Shown: piece after piece, positions 38,367 to 47,738 of the stretch
How the letters are laid out: each line of letters opens with the position of its first letter
Numbering within the stretch: the first letter of the stretch is position 1
From: an uncultured Clostridia bacterium
GTDB taxonomy: Bacteria > Bacillota > Clostridia > Christensenellales > CAG-917
Assembly: GCA_944360115.1 (NCBI GenBank)
Contig: CALVTH010000003.1
Coordinates: 6,746 to 70,745 of the forward strand
Length of the DNA stretch: 64,000 bases
Reading direction: 5' to 3'
Translations under genes and position numbers: made by a program
Notes under the pieces: model-generated
What the model was told of the DNA's origin: nothing
The model's database searches: none
What the model saw: the letters and a program-made list of their open reading frames with translations, nothing else

Positions 38367-39311
38367 TCAGCAGAAATTATGGTCGCCTATCCTGAGTTTG
38401 ACGGGGCGGGACAACATCCACGCCGAGGTCGCGGTGGCGGGATTGTAGTAGAACAGACATCCGCATGTGGGATCCCAGCCGTTCATCGCGTCCTGCGCCG
38501 CCTGATATGCCGTATCGTTGGGAGTTAGGTTTATCTGACCGTCGGACACGCAGTCGAACGCGCCCGACTGATACACCACTCCGGCTATGGTGTTGGGGAA
38601 AGAAGAACTCTCCACGCGGTTGAGCACCACCGCCGCAACGGCAACCTGCCCCGTATAAGGCTCTCCCCTCGCCTCGCCGTACACCACGCGGGCGAGCAAC
38701 GCGAGGTCGGACGATGTGGAATTGCCGCCCGACGAAGCCGAAGACAGCGTCATTCCGAGAGCCGCCGCCGTGCGACTGCCCACGATGCCGTCCGCCGTCA
38801 GCCCGTTGTTGCGCTGGAACAGAGTGACCGCGCTCTCCGTGCCCGACCCGAAAACGCCGTCCACCGAGCCGCCGTAATATCCCCAGTTCTTGAGTTTCTG
38901 CTGCATTTCGCTGACCTTGCTTCCGCTGGATCCGCGCTTCAGCACCGACGAGGACGAGGATGTCGTCGTCGAGGACGACGAGGACAGCGTGACGCCTATC
39001 GCCGCCGCCGTGGCGGGGCCGACTATGCCGTCCGCGGTAAGTCCGTTCCTGCGTTGAAAGGACACCACCGCGCTCTTTGTGCCCGACCCGAAAATGCCGT
39101 CCACCGAGCCGCTGTAATATCCCCAGTTCTTGAGTCGCTGTTGGATTTCGCTGACCTTGCTTCCGCTGGACCCCTGTTGCAGGGTCGCGGCTTCGGCGAC
39201 TCCCGCCGTTGTCGGCGACGCCGAAAACGCCGCCGCGACCGCGGTGAGCATCAGCACGGCAAGCAACGAAACCGCCAGAATTCTGCGTATGGAATTGCCT
39301 TGCATATTCAC
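38367..39311 (-). CDS. sleB: Spore cortex-lytic enzyme SleB with two peptidoglycan-binding domains
   Basis: 314-aa ORF. Signal peptide, two PG_binding_1-like repeats (GSSGSKVSE.QQ.LKNWGYY) and a C-terminal hydrolase_2 domain (VYGEARGEPY...FYYNP). Confidence 0.9.
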   Translation of the reverse strand: MNMQGNSIRRILAVSLLAVLMLTAVAAAFSASPTTAGVAEAATLQQGSSGSKVSEIQQRLKNWGYYSGSVDGIFGSGTKSAVVSFQRRNGLTADGIVGPATAAAIGVTLSSSSSTTTSSSSSVLKRGSSGSKVSEMQQKLKNWGYYGGSVDGVFGSGTESAVTLFQRNNGLTADGIVGSRTAAALGMTLSSASSGGNSTSSDLALLARVVYGEARGEPYTGQVAVAAVVLNRVESSSFPNTIAGVVYQSGAFDCVSDGQINLTPNDTAYQAAQDAMNGWDPTCGCLFYYNPATATSAWMLSRPVKLRIGDHNFC

Positions 39312-39400
39312 CTCACGGGCATAGTGTGTTTATCCGCCGCGTTTTTATTCGGGAATGTCGCAGGGGTATAACGCGCGCCCTTTCGGGCAACAATCGGCGT

Positions 39401-39949
39401 GTGAAAAAGTACGCCGTCATAGTCTTTGTGTTTCTCCTGCTCGCCGCGGCGACCACCCTCGTCGCCTGCGATTTCCTCTCCGACGGGATTGTTCCCCGCT
39501 CCGACATCTCGGACGAAGTGCTGCGCATACATATCCGCGCCAACAGCAACGACGACAACGACCAGACCGTCAAACTCGCCGTGCGCGACGCGCTCACCGA
39601 CTATCTTTCCAACCTGCTGTCGTCCTGCCGCGACAAGTCCGAAGCGCAGAGCGTGTTGCAGGCTTCCCGCGACGAAATAGACGGCATTGCCGAAGCCGTG
39701 CTCGCCGAAAACGGCTTTGCCTACGGCGCGCGGGTGGTGCTCTCGCACGAACACTTCCCCGAAAAGACCTACGGCGAATACACCTTTCCCGAGGGCGACT
39801 ACGACGCAATGCTGGTGTTGCTCGGCGAAGGCACGGGCGACAACTGGTGGTGCGTGGCGTTCCCGCCGCTGTGCTTCGTGCCCGGCGACGGCGAGAATGT
39901 CTTGTACAAATCGTGGGTGAAAGAGAAACTGGAAGAGATTTTCGGCTGA
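39401..39949 (+). CDS. spoIIR: Stage II sporulation protein R
   Basis: LRIHIRANSNDDNDQTVKLAVRDAL and NWWCV motifs. The start is uncertain: GTG 39401 just before the signal/TM segment, or GTG 39326 as in the track. Confidence 0.8.
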   Translation: MKKYAVIVFVFLLLAAATTLVACDFLSDGIVPRSDISDEVLRIHIRANSNDDNDQTVKLAVRDALTDYLSNLLSSCRDKSEAQSVLQASRDEIDGIAEAVLAENGFAYGARVVLSHEHFPEKTYGEYTFPEGDYDAMLVLLGEGTGDNWWCVAFPPLCFVPGDGENVLYKSWVKEKLEEIFG

Positions 39950-40059
39950 CGCCGACGCGAAAAGCGCGGGAAAAGCGTCGCTTCCCCGCCGCCGTCTTTC
40001 CCCACCGTATAAGCCGCGCGCACCTGCGCATACTACATAAAACGCGACAAGGAGGCGTT

Positions 40060-40476
40060 ATGAAAATCTACAGAGAAATGGTGCGCGGCACATCCATGGG
40101 TATCCGCGCAATCGACAATGTCATGCCCTATGCGGAGGACGACGCCCTCGTGGGCACCATGCAGGAACAGAAAACGGCTCTCGAAAAGTATTGCGAGGAC
40201 GCCAGGTCCCGCCTTTCCGAAAAGGAAGCCGACGAAGCCGAAGGCAGCAAGTTCGCGCAGACCATGATCAAGGCGAGCTCGTCCATATCGGCTATGGTCA
40301 ACAGCGACAAATCGCACCTGTCGCGTATGCTCATCGAGGGATACGAAATGGGGATCGTCAGCCTGCAGAAGTGCATAAACGAAATGCAGAACAAGGAAAA
40401 GGAAGTCCCCGCCGCCGCAAAGGAACTCATCAAGTTCTACGACAAGAGCATAAAGGCACTCCGCGCATATCTGTGA
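40060..40476 (+). CDS. Hypothetical helical protein (138 aa)
   Basis: AAGGAGG RBS 6 nt before the ATG, and codon usage like the neighbours. No family recognised. Confidence 0.6.
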   Translation: MKIYREMVRGTSMGIRAIDNVMPYAEDDALVGTMQEQKTALEKYCEDARSRLSEKEADEAEGSKFAQTMIKASSSISAMVNSDKSHLSRMLIEGYEMGIVSLQKCINEMQNKEKEVPAAAKELIKFYDKSIKALRAYL

Positions 40477-40560
40477 CGGTATGCCGGCTATCGACGGCCG
40501 CGGCGCAGCATTTTGCCCGCGGCTGTTGTCATTTTCGGCGGGTTGTGATATATTCGGGCT

Positions 40561-40986
40561 ATGAAAAAGCCGCTCGCGGAGTTCTCTCTCCGTTCCCCGA
40601 TAACCGTGGCGGAAGCCGCATCGATGCACCCCATGGCGCTCGCCTTCGTGGGCGACGCCGTCCACACCCTTTTCGTGCGCACCCTCGTCACCGAAGAACA
40701 CGGAGCGGCACACACGGGCGAACTGCACCGTATGACGACGGGCGCGGTGGCGGCCGTGGCGCAGGCGGCGGCGAGCGACAGAATCGCGCCCCTGTTCGAC
40801 GAGACGGAAGCCGACATTTTCAGGCGCGCGCGCAACTGCCGCATACAGACATCGGCGAAACACGCCGAACCCGCCGAGTACCGCAGGGCGAGCGGGCTGG
40901 AAGCGGTGTTCGGCTTTCTTTATCTCACGGGACAGACGGAAAGGCTCAACAATTTCCTTGCGATGACCGCCGAGGAGGACAAATGA
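40561..40986 (+). CDS. mrnC: Mini-ribonuclease 3
   Basis: 141-aa ORF with LAFVGDAVHTLFVR and EAVFGFLYL motifs. Synteny with rlmB and sigH. Confidence 0.85.
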   Translation: MKKPLAEFSLRSPITVAEAASMHPMALAFVGDAVHTLFVRTLVTEEHGAAHTGELHRMTTGAVAAVAQAAASDRIAPLFDETEADIFRRARNCRIQTSAKHAEPAEYRRASGLEAVFGFLYLTGQTERLNNFLAMTAEEDK

Positions 40987-41705
40987 TAATCTACGGCAAA
41001 AACCCCGTGCGCGAAGCCGTGCGCGCGGGCAAGACGATCGACAAACTTTTTGTGGCGAAAGAAGAGCGCGACCCCTCTCTTTCGCAGATTATCTCCGCCG
41101 CAAAAGAGGCGGGGGCAACCGTAGTTTCTTCCGACAGGAGAGCGCTCGACAAACTTGCCGAGGGCGGCAATCATCAGGGAATCGCCGCGCAGGTGACGGA
41201 CTTTGTCTACTCCTCCCTCGACGACATCTTCGACGAAGCGGCGGCGCGCGGCGAGAAACTGCTCGTCGTGCTTCTCGACGGCATAACCGACCCGCACAAC
41301 CTCGGCGCTATAATCAGGAGCGCGGAGTGTCTCGGTGCGCACGGAGTGGTCATTCCCAGACACAGAAGCGTGTCCGTCAACGACACCGCAGTCAAGGCGG
41401 CAAGCGGCGCGACAGCCTATCTCAAAGTCGCCAAAGTCACCAACATCAACGACGCCATACGCGAGCTGAAAGAGCGCAATGTGTGGGTTTATGCGTGCGA
41501 TTTCGGCGGTGAAGCCCCGTTTAATGCGGATTTCAAGGACAACACCGCGCTCGTCGTCGGCAGCGAAGGCTCGGGCGTCAAGCGACTGACGAGGGAACTT
41601 TGCGACGCGGTCGTGACCATACCCGAGTGCGGCAAAATCAACAGCCTCAACGCTTCCGTCGCCGCGGGAATAATGCTGTACGAGGCGGCGAAACAAAGGT
41701 TATGA
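40983..41705 (+). CDS. rlmB: 23S rRNA (guanosine-2'-O)-methyltransferase, SpoU/TrmH family
   Basis: The ATG overlaps the mrnC stop. HQGIAA, DPHNLGAIIRSA, GSEGSG and SLNASVAAG motifs. Confidence 0.85.
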   Translation: MIIYGKNPVREAVRAGKTIDKLFVAKEERDPSLSQIISAAKEAGATVVSSDRRALDKLAEGGNHQGIAAQVTDFVYSSLDDIFDEAAARGEKLLVVLLDGITDPHNLGAIIRSAECLGAHGVVIPRHRSVSVNDTAVKAASGATAYLKVAKVTNINDAIRELKERNVWVYACDFGGEAPFNADFKDNTALVVGSEGSGVKRLTRELCDAVVTIPECGKINSLNASVAAGIMLYEAAKQRL

Positions 41706-42304
41706 TTTACGGTAACGGTGTCGACGACAGGACGCTCGCGGCAATGGCGCAGGCGGGCGACAGGCTTGCGGAGAGCGCGCTCGTCAAGAGATACGCTCCC
41801 CTCGCCGAGGGGTTGTCCCGCGGATATTTTCTCGCGGGCGGAGACGCCGACGACCTCAAACAGATTGCCATGATCGCCCTGCTCGAAGCCGTGCGTTCCT
41901 ACGACGCGGGACGGGGCGCGGAGTTCTCCACCTACGCTTCGGTGTGCGTGCGCAACAGATTGCTCGACGCCGTGCGCGCGGCGGGCGCGCTCAAGAACGC
42001 CGTGCTCAACGACAGCATACGGCTGGAGTCCGAGGACGGCGACGCCCTTTTCGATGTGGCGTCCGACGAACTGTCTCCCGAACAGCAGTACATACAGAAA
42101 GAAGCCGAACAGGCGTTCTTCGACGCGTTGGGCGAAGCCCTCGGAGAGCGCGACCGCGAAGTGCTCAGGCTGTATCTCGCCAGCGTGCCCTACAAGGAAA
42201 TCTCCGAAAAACTGGGCATTTCCGCAAAGCAGGTGGACAACACCCTTTACAACGCCAAGAAAAAACTCGCCCGCATAATCGGCGCGCTCAAACGGACGGA
42301 CTGA
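41702..42304 (+). CDS. sigH: Sporulation sigma factor SigH
   Basis: The ATG overlaps the rlmB stop. Sigma-70 regions 2 and 4 (DADDLKQIAMIALLEAV, YKEISEKLGISAKQVDNTLYNAKKKL). Bacillus-like mrnC-rlmB-sigH synteny. Confidence 0.8.
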   Translation: MIYGNGVDDRTLAAMAQAGDRLAESALVKRYAPLAEGLSRGYFLAGGDADDLKQIAMIALLEAVRSYDAGRGAEFSTYASVCVRNRLLDAVRAAGALKNAVLNDSIRLESEDGDALFDVASDELSPEQQYIQKEAEQAFFDALGEALGERDREVLRLYLASVPYKEISEKLGISAKQVDNTLYNAKKKLARIIGALKRTD

Positions 42305-42346
42305 ACGCCCGCGCCGCCCCCCGCTGCGGAAAATCGGCGAAAACGC

Positions 42347-42375
42347 TTTACATTTAATCTTTATTATTATATTAT
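42347..42375 (+). promoter_or_regulatory. Promoter of rpsF-ssb-rpsR
   Basis: TTTACA, 17 nt spacer, TATTAT in an AT-rich island. Confidence 0.4.
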
Positions 42376-42441
42376 AATCGAGCGCCAAAGGCGGCGCGTA
42401 TCCTTCCCCGCAAGGGGCATCAAGTCCAAAAGGAGGTCAAA

Positions 42442-42720
42442 ATGAATAATTACGAAATTCTGTACATTATTCGCTGCGACATCGACGATGAACTGAAAAG
42501 TCAGGTCGTCGGCAAGTACGAAGCTTTGGCTCGTGAGCTCGGCACCCTCGTTTCCATGGAAAACTGGGGCGTCAAGAAGTTCGCTTACGAGATCAACAAG
42601 CAGACGGAAGGCGTCTATGTTCTCATGAATGTGGAATGCGACTCCGCCGCACAAGCCGAAATCGACAGACAGATGGGCATCGACGACAATGTCGTGCGCA
42701 AGATGATTATCAAGAAGTGA
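42442..42720 (+). CDS. rpsF: 30S ribosomal protein S6
   Basis: 92-aa ORF starting MNNYEILYII, with WGVKKFAYEI. AAGGAGG RBS. Confidence 0.95.
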   Translation: MNNYEILYIIRCDIDDELKSQVVGKYEALARELGTLVSMENWGVKKFAYEINKQTEGVYVLMNVECDSAAQAEIDRQMGIDDNVVRKMIIKK

Positions 42721-42733
42721 GCAGGAGGATGTT

Positions 42734-43117
42734 ATGAACAAAGTTTTCCTTATCGGCAATCTCACCCGTGACCCCGAACTTTCCACCACCGGCAGCGGCG
42801 TCAGCTTCTGCAAGTTCACTCTCGCCATCTCCCGCTCCTACGCCAAGGACGGCAAACGCGAGACCGACTTCCTCCCCGTGGTCGTTTGGAGAGCACAGGC
42901 GGAAAATTGCGCCCGCTATCTCAAGAAAGGCAGCAAGGCGGCAGTCAGCGGTTCCGTGCAAACCAGAAATTACGAAGCCCCCGACGGCTCCCGCCGTTAT
43001 GTGACCGAAATCGCCGCGGACGAGGTTCAGTTCCTCTCCACCAAGAGCGAAGACGGCAGGGATGACGGCTCCGACTTCGACGGTCTCACCACCATCGACG
43101 AGGACCTCCCCTTCTAA
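42734..43117 (+). CDS. ssb: Single-stranded DNA-binding protein
   Basis: 127-aa ORF with MNKVFLIGNLTRDPEL and a C-terminal acidic tip DEDLPF. Confidence 0.95.
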   Translation: MNKVFLIGNLTRDPELSTTGSGVSFCKFTLAISRSYAKDGKRETDFLPVVVWRAQAENCARYLKKGSKAAVSGSVQTRNYEAPDGSRRYVTEIAADEVQFLSTKSEDGRDDGSDFDGLTTIDEDLPF

Positions 43118-43135
43118 TATCAGGAGTTTAAGAAT

Positions 43136-43384
43136 ATGAGTGAAGAAGTAAAAGCCCCCCGCCCTCCCAAGAGAGCGCCCAAGAAAAAAGTGTGCGTGTT
43201 CTGCGTTGAACACACCGACTATATCGACTACAAGGATGTTGCCAAACTCCGTCGTTTCATCACCGAGAAAGGCAAAATCCTGCCCCGCAGAATGAGCGGC
43301 GTGTGCGCCAAGCACCAGCGTCCTCTCGCCACCGCAATCAAGCGCGCGAGAGTCATGGCTCTCCTGCCCTACAAAGCCGACTGA
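43136..43384 (+). CDS. rpsR: 30S ribosomal protein S18
   Basis: 82-aa ORF with the motifs CVFCVEH..IDYKD and [15 protein letters not shown]. Confidence 0.95.
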   Translation: MSEEVKAPRPPKRAPKKKVCVFCVEHTDYIDYKDVAKLRRFITEKGKILPRRMSGVCAKHQRPLATAIKRARVMALLPYKAD

Positions 43385-43399
43385 CGGCAACAAACCCGA

Positions 43400-43434
43400 A
43401 AAAATCCCTGCCTTCGCGGCAGGGATTTTTGTTT
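43400..43434. terminator. Bidirectional intrinsic terminator
   Basis: AAAAATCCCTGCC-TTCGC-GGCAGGGATTTTT followed by GTTT. Confidence 0.75.
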
Positions 43435-43480
43435 GCCTTTCCGCAGGACTCCGCACGGGCGCGGCGTGCCGTCGGCGCAG

Positions 43481-44164
43481 TCATTCCTTTGCAATCCGCG
43501 CCGCTTCGCGCTTGCTCTCCGCCGACACGCGGAAGCTGTCCCGCATTTTCGCCGCGGCAATCCTCTTGACTTCGGGGGATATGCGGGCGGTTGCCATAAG
43601 CGCCAGCCCCGCGCCCGCGGTGTGACTTTCCACGGTCGCAATCAGCCACCCCACCGCCATATCGACATAATATCCCCGCGCGCGCACGCCGTTTATTGCC
43701 GCGCGCAAACCGTCTATGTGCTCGCCGTCGGCGTAGTTGCCGAGCAGCACGACAAGCCCCATACGCGCCAGCCACGCGTCATCGCTCGCCGCAAAACGGG
43801 TCATATCCCCGAACAGCCTTTCGTCCTTGCATTTCAGCGACGAGCAGGTTATGTCGCACACCGCCCAATCGTCCACAAAGCGGGAAAACCTCTCCAGCCT
43901 TTCTATCTTGTCCGCGTAGGGTTCTTTGACGCTTGCCGACACCACGCCCAGAAGCATTGCGTGTTCGTAAAGGCGCACGGGACGGGCGGCAAGGAACTCT
44001 CTCCACTCTCCAGACTTTATTATGTCCTTCGCCATCGAGCGCAGAACGGGCACGCGCACTCCCACCCTTTCGTAGGCGGTTTTTGTCAGCCCGCCGTGAA
44101 ATTCCCTGTACTTCTCGTCCGCGCGCTCGCGCAACATGTTCTCAATCGCCACAACATTCCACAT
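43481..44164 (-). CDS. DNA alkylation repair protein (AlkD-like HEAT-repeat)
   Basis: 227-aa ORF with family-like features (REFHGGL, GVRVPVLR, WAVCD). Confidence 0.75.
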   Translation of the reverse strand: MWNVVAIENMLRERADEKYREFHGGLTKTAYERVGVRVPVLRSMAKDIIKSGEWREFLAARPVRLYEHAMLLGVVSASVKEPYADKIERLERFSRFVDDWAVCDITCSSLKCKDERLFGDMTRFAASDDAWLARMGLVVLLGNYADGEHIDGLRAAINGVRARGYYVDMAVGWLIATVESHTAGAGLALMATARISPEVKRIAAAKMRDSFRVSAESKREAARIAKE

Positions 44165-44302
44165 ACGGGAATTATATCACACAACCTGCTACTGTTACAC
44201 CATACCGCGTTATTTCGGTGAAGAACGAGGAATAGCCTCCCGCAGACGGGAGTGTACTATGGCGTACATGACTGTTTACGGCGGGAAAAACGAATGTAAC
44301 GC

Positions 44303-44600
44303 ATAAAACCGCGATGTTCGGGCGGCAGACAAGGAAGCAAAACGCCCGCGTACTTTGCCCCACAAAATCACTTGCGTGATGTTTGCGGGGACCCCGAGAT
44401 TTGCCCCACAAAATCACTTGCGTGATGTTTGCGGGGACCCCGAAGAAACCCGTCTCATAGTTATTACACGATAAAACCGCGATATTCGGGCGACAGACAA
44501 GGAAGCAAAACGCTCGCGAGCAGTCACATACGACATAGTATGCTCCTGTCCGCGGGCGTTTGTGTTGACGCAGTATCACGCCGAATAGCGCGGTTTTATC
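44303..44600. repeat. Composite non-coding repeat cluster (A-B-B-A' plus an inverted A fragment)
   Basis: A = 48 nt at 44303-44350 and 44471-44518 (3 mismatches). B = 46-nt tandem at 44354-44399 and 44400-44445 (44-nt identical core). An inverted 22-nt copy of the A start lies at 44579-44600, overlapping the lysS stop. Confidence 0.8.
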
Positions 44601-46095
44601 TGGGTTTCATGGTCGGGAACAACAACACTTCCCTTATGGAATAGCTGTCGGTGAGGAACATCACGAGACGGTCGACGCCCATGCCGAGACCGCCGGTGGG
44701 GGGCATGCCGTATTCGAGCGCGGTGACGAAATCCTCGTCGTAGGGCTGGGCTTCCTCGTCGCCGTTCTGGCGGGCGAGCATTTGCGCGGCGAAGCGTTCG
44801 CGCTGGTCAATCGGGTCGTTGAGTTCGCTGAACGCGTTGGCAAGTTCCTTGCCCGTGACGAAGAGTTCGAAGCGTTCGGTGAGGCGGGGGTCGCTCTTCT
44901 TCTTTTTGGCAAGAGGACTGATTTCGACGGGATAATCGACGATGAACACGGGACCAGCGAGGTTTTCCTCGACGAATTTGTCGAACACCTCGGCAAGAGC
45001 CGTACCCCACGACGCGTTCCCTGCAAGTTTTAGCCCGCGGTCGGCGCCGCGTTTGTTTGCCTCGGCGATGAGTTCGTCGAGGGGCTGCGCGTCGAAGTCC
45101 ATACCCGTGTATTTTCTGACGGCGTCAACCATGCTCAGCCGCTGCCATGTGCCGCCGAAATTTATCTTTTCGCCCTGATATTCCACCTCGAGCGTGCCGC
45201 ACACTTTCATTGCGCAATGCTTGACCATACGCTCGGCGATGTCCATCATGTCGGCGTAATCGGCATAAGCCTGATACAATTCGATGAGCGTGAACTCGGG
45301 ATTGTGGCGGGGATCCATACCCTCGTTGCGGAACACCCTGCCTATCTCGAACACTTTGTCGAAGCCGCCGACTATGCAGCGCTTGAGATAAAGCTCGAGA
45401 GCAATGCGGAGATACATATCCACATCGAGAGTGTTGTGGTGCGTGATGAAAGGACGGGCGTTTGCGCCGCCCGCGAGCATATTGAGGACGGGGGTTTCCA
45501 CCTCGTAGAAGCCCTCTCCCTCGAGGAATTCGCGGAGAGCGGAAACGATTTTGCTGCGCTTGACGAACAGTTCCTTGACCTCGGGGTTGGCGATGAGGTC
45601 GACATAACGCTGACGGTAACGCAGTTCGGGGTCCTTTAGCCCGTGGAATTTCTCGGGCAGGGGCAACAGCGATTTGGTGAGAAGGGTGACTTCCTTGGCG
45701 TGCACGGTGATTTCGCCCGTCTTTGTGGTGAACACGGTGCCCGTCACGCCGATGATGTCGCCGACATCCAGTTTCTTGAACGCGGCGTACTCCTCCTGAC
45801 CGAGGTCGTCGCGGTTGAAATAAACCTGTATGTCGCCGTCGGCGTCGTTGATGTGACCGAAAGCCGCCTTGCCCATAATGCGCTTGGACATCATTCTGCC
45901 CGCGACGGACACGCTTTTGCCTTCGTAATCGGCGTAATTGCCTTTGATTGCGGCAGAAGTCGCCGTGCGGTCGAAGCGCACGATTTCAAAAGGATTTCTG
46001 CCCGCGGCGACGAGTTCGGAAAGTTTCTCTATGCGTCCTTTCCTCACCTCGTTGACATCCTGTTCGCGGATGTCGTTTCTGTTGTCCTGCTCCAT
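44596..46095 (-). CDS. lysS: Lysine--tRNA ligase (class II)
   Basis: 499-aa product from the ATG at 46095 (MEQDNRND..), with class II motifs ([14 protein letters not shown]). Confidence 0.95.
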   Translation of the reverse strand: MEQDNRNDIREQDVNEVRKGRIEKLSELVAAGRNPFEIVRFDRTATSAAIKGNYADYEGKSVSVAGRMMSKRIMGKAAFGHINDADGDIQVYFNRDDLGQEEYAAFKKLDVGDIIGVTGTVFTTKTGEITVHAKEVTLLTKSLLPLPEKFHGLKDPELRYRQRYVDLIANPEVKELFVKRSKIVSALREFLEGEGFYEVETPVLNMLAGGANARPFITHHNTLDVDMYLRIALELYLKRCIVGGFDKVFEIGRVFRNEGMDPRHNPEFTLIELYQAYADYADMMDIAERMVKHCAMKVCGTLEVEYQGEKINFGGTWQRLSMVDAVRKYTGMDFDAQPLDELIAEANKRGADRGLKLAGNASWGTALAEVFDKFVEENLAGPVFIVDYPVEISPLAKKKKSDPRLTERFELFVTGKELANAFSELNDPIDQRERFAAQMLARQNGDEEAQPYDEDFVTALEYGMPPTGGLGMGVDRLVMFLTDSYSIREVLLFPTMKPR

Positions 46096-46109
46096 AAAAC
46101 TCCTGAGCG

Positions 46110-46580
46110 TTACTTGATGTCGATGATTTTGTAGACGATTACTCCGCCGCTCGGCGTGGGAACTTCCACTCTCTCGCCCTTCTTTCTGCCGATGAGCGCG
46201 GCGCCGAGAGGAGACTCGTTGCTGATGCGGTTTTCGGCGGCGTTGGCTTCGGTGGTGCCGACGATGCGATAGCAAAGTTCCTCGTTATATTTCTCGTCGA
46301 GAAGACCCACGGTGCTGCCGAGAAAAACCTCGTGCGAGCCGAGTTCGCTGCTGTCGATGATGACGGCGTGCATAATCTTATCCTCGAGTTCCTTGATTTC
46401 GGACTCGACGAAACTCTGCTCTTCTTTGGCGGCGTCGTACTCGGCGTTTTCGCTGAGGTCGCCGAATTCACGGGCGATTTTGATTTTCTCGGCGACTTCT
46501 CTTCTCTTCACGGTGAGAAGATAGTCGAGTTTTTCTTTCAGTTCCTGCAACCCGTCCTGAGTGAGATAAACTTCTTTCAT
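46110..46580 (-). CDS. greA: Transcription elongation factor GreA
   Basis: 156-aa ORF with [16 protein letters not shown] and [14 protein letters not shown]. Confidence 0.95.
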   Translation of the reverse strand: MKEVYLTQDGLQELKEKLDYLLTVKRREVAEKIKIAREFGDLSENAEYDAAKEEQSFVESEIKELEDKIMHAVIIDSSELGSHEVFLGSTVGLLDEKYNEELCYRIVGTTEANAAENRISNESPLGAALIGRKKGERVEVPTPSGGVIVYKIIDIK

Positions 46581-47434
46581 TCCTCTTCCTCGCTTGCGCT
46601 GTCCGCGCCCGCTTCCTCCGTATCGTTATAGGTAACATCCGCGGCGTCTTCGTCGGCAGCGTCGTCTGCAACGGCTTCGGCGTCGTTATCTTCGGTTTCG
46701 TCGACGGCGGGGATTTCCTCGGCTTCGACCTCTTCCGCCGCGCTTTCGGCGGCGATTTCGTCGGCGTCGGCTTCAGCCGCGCTCTCGGCGGCTTCGGCGA
46801 CTTCTTCGCTCTCCGCCGCGGTCTCGGTCACCTGCTGCTCGACGGCGCCGGGCACGGAAGCGTAATTGGGAGTGTGCGCGGCGACTTTCTCCGCCACTTC
46901 CGCGTCGATTTTGGACTTGTCGGGCTTGAACTTGGCCTGGAATTCCACCACCTTGAACTCTATGGTGTGGAAGCGGAATCCGAGCGCGCCCTTGAACACT
47001 TCCTCAAGCAGAGTGCGCAGATAGGTCTCGGTCTCGAACACATCGCGATCGGTAATCTTGACGGTGACGCGGAGTTTGACCCCGTTCTCGTTGACAACGA
47101 GGGCGACCTTGCCGGTCTTGACGCCCTGCACATCGCGGAAGGACTCCTTGACGAGCTTGCGGATGACGCCGAGAGTGGCCTTGCAGCTGCCGCCCTGCTC
47201 GCTGCGGAGAGTGATTTCCTTGACTGCGTCGCTTGCGACGAAAAGCATGACCAGCAGTCCGCCCGCGGTCACGAAATAAAGCACGGCGAGCGTGATGAAC
47301 AGACCCTTGACGAGGTTGTTGTCGAAGTCCTGCTGTTCGATGCCGCCGAACACGGTCACCAAGAGGATGATGGTGAGCACGAACGCGATGACGATACTCG
47401 CGGATGCCAGAATCTTCTCGATGTTCTTTTTCAT
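46577..47434 (-). CDS. Asp23/AmaP-like membrane protein with an acidic C-terminal tail
   Basis: The ATG at 47434 has AAGGAG upstream. Two N-terminal TM helices, an Asp23-like core, and a tail of about 90 aa rich in E/A/D. Confidence 0.7.
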   Translation of the reverse strand: MKKNIEKILASASIVIAFVLTIILLVTVFGGIEQQDFDNNLVKGLFITLAVLYFVTAGGLLVMLFVASDAVKEITLRSEQGGSCKATLGVIRKLVKESFRDVQGVKTGKVALVVNENGVKLRVTVKITDRDVFETETYLRTLLEEVFKGALGFRFHTIEFKVVEFQAKFKPDKSKIDAEVAEKVAAHTPNYASVPGAVEQQVTETAAESEEVAEAAESAAEADADEIAAESAAEEVEAEEIPAVDETEDNDAEAVADDAADEDAADVTYNDTEEAGADSASEEEE

Positions 47435-47532
47435 AATGGCTCCTTCGCGGATGATTTCCGCACGGCGACGGGCAAACATTTAGGGCATTGCTGCCCCACG
47501 GTCATCCGCCACCACGCTATTATTTTTCATAT

Positions 47533-47561
47533 AATATAAACTATACCACCGAGATAGTCAA
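47533..47561 (-). promoter_or_regulatory. Promoter of the amaP-like-greA-lysS unit
   Basis: On the minus strand: TTGACT, 17 nt spacer, TATATT. Confidence 0.45.
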
Positions 47562-47667
47562 GCATAATATCCGCACACGCTCGCTCGCGCGGCGCGCATC
47601 CGCGCGGAGCGGCGACGACGGAAAGACAACTGCTCTTCCCGCCGATAAAGACGGAAAAAGAGTGATG

Positions 47668-47694
47668 AAAAGCGCGACAAACTGCCGCGCTTTT
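47668..47694. terminator. Bidirectional hairpin terminator downstream of the minus-strand transketolase pair
   Basis: AAAAGCGCG-N9-CGCGCTTTT. Confidence 0.55.
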
Positions 47695-47738
47695 GCGTCG
47701 TTATTCTGCGGTTTTCCGCTATCTGACCGCCCCGATTG

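Noticed and set aside
39326-39400. GTG 39326 as the spoIIR start.
   Set aside because: It lies only 15 nt from the divergent sleB start and adds 25 basic residues before the signal/TM segment. GTG 39401 is preferred, but neither start has a good RBS.
44354-44445. Possible CRISPR array.
   Set aside because: There are only two directly abutting 46-nt copies with no spacers, and no cas genes in the window.
44172-44579. 135-aa minus-strand ORF whose product contains SRAFCFLVCRPNIAVL twice.
   Set aside because: The internal peptide repeat is just the translation of the DNA repeats. The repeat periods (46 and 168 nt) are not all multiples of 3, there is no RBS, and the ORF fills the intergenic gap between lysS and the AlkD-like gene.
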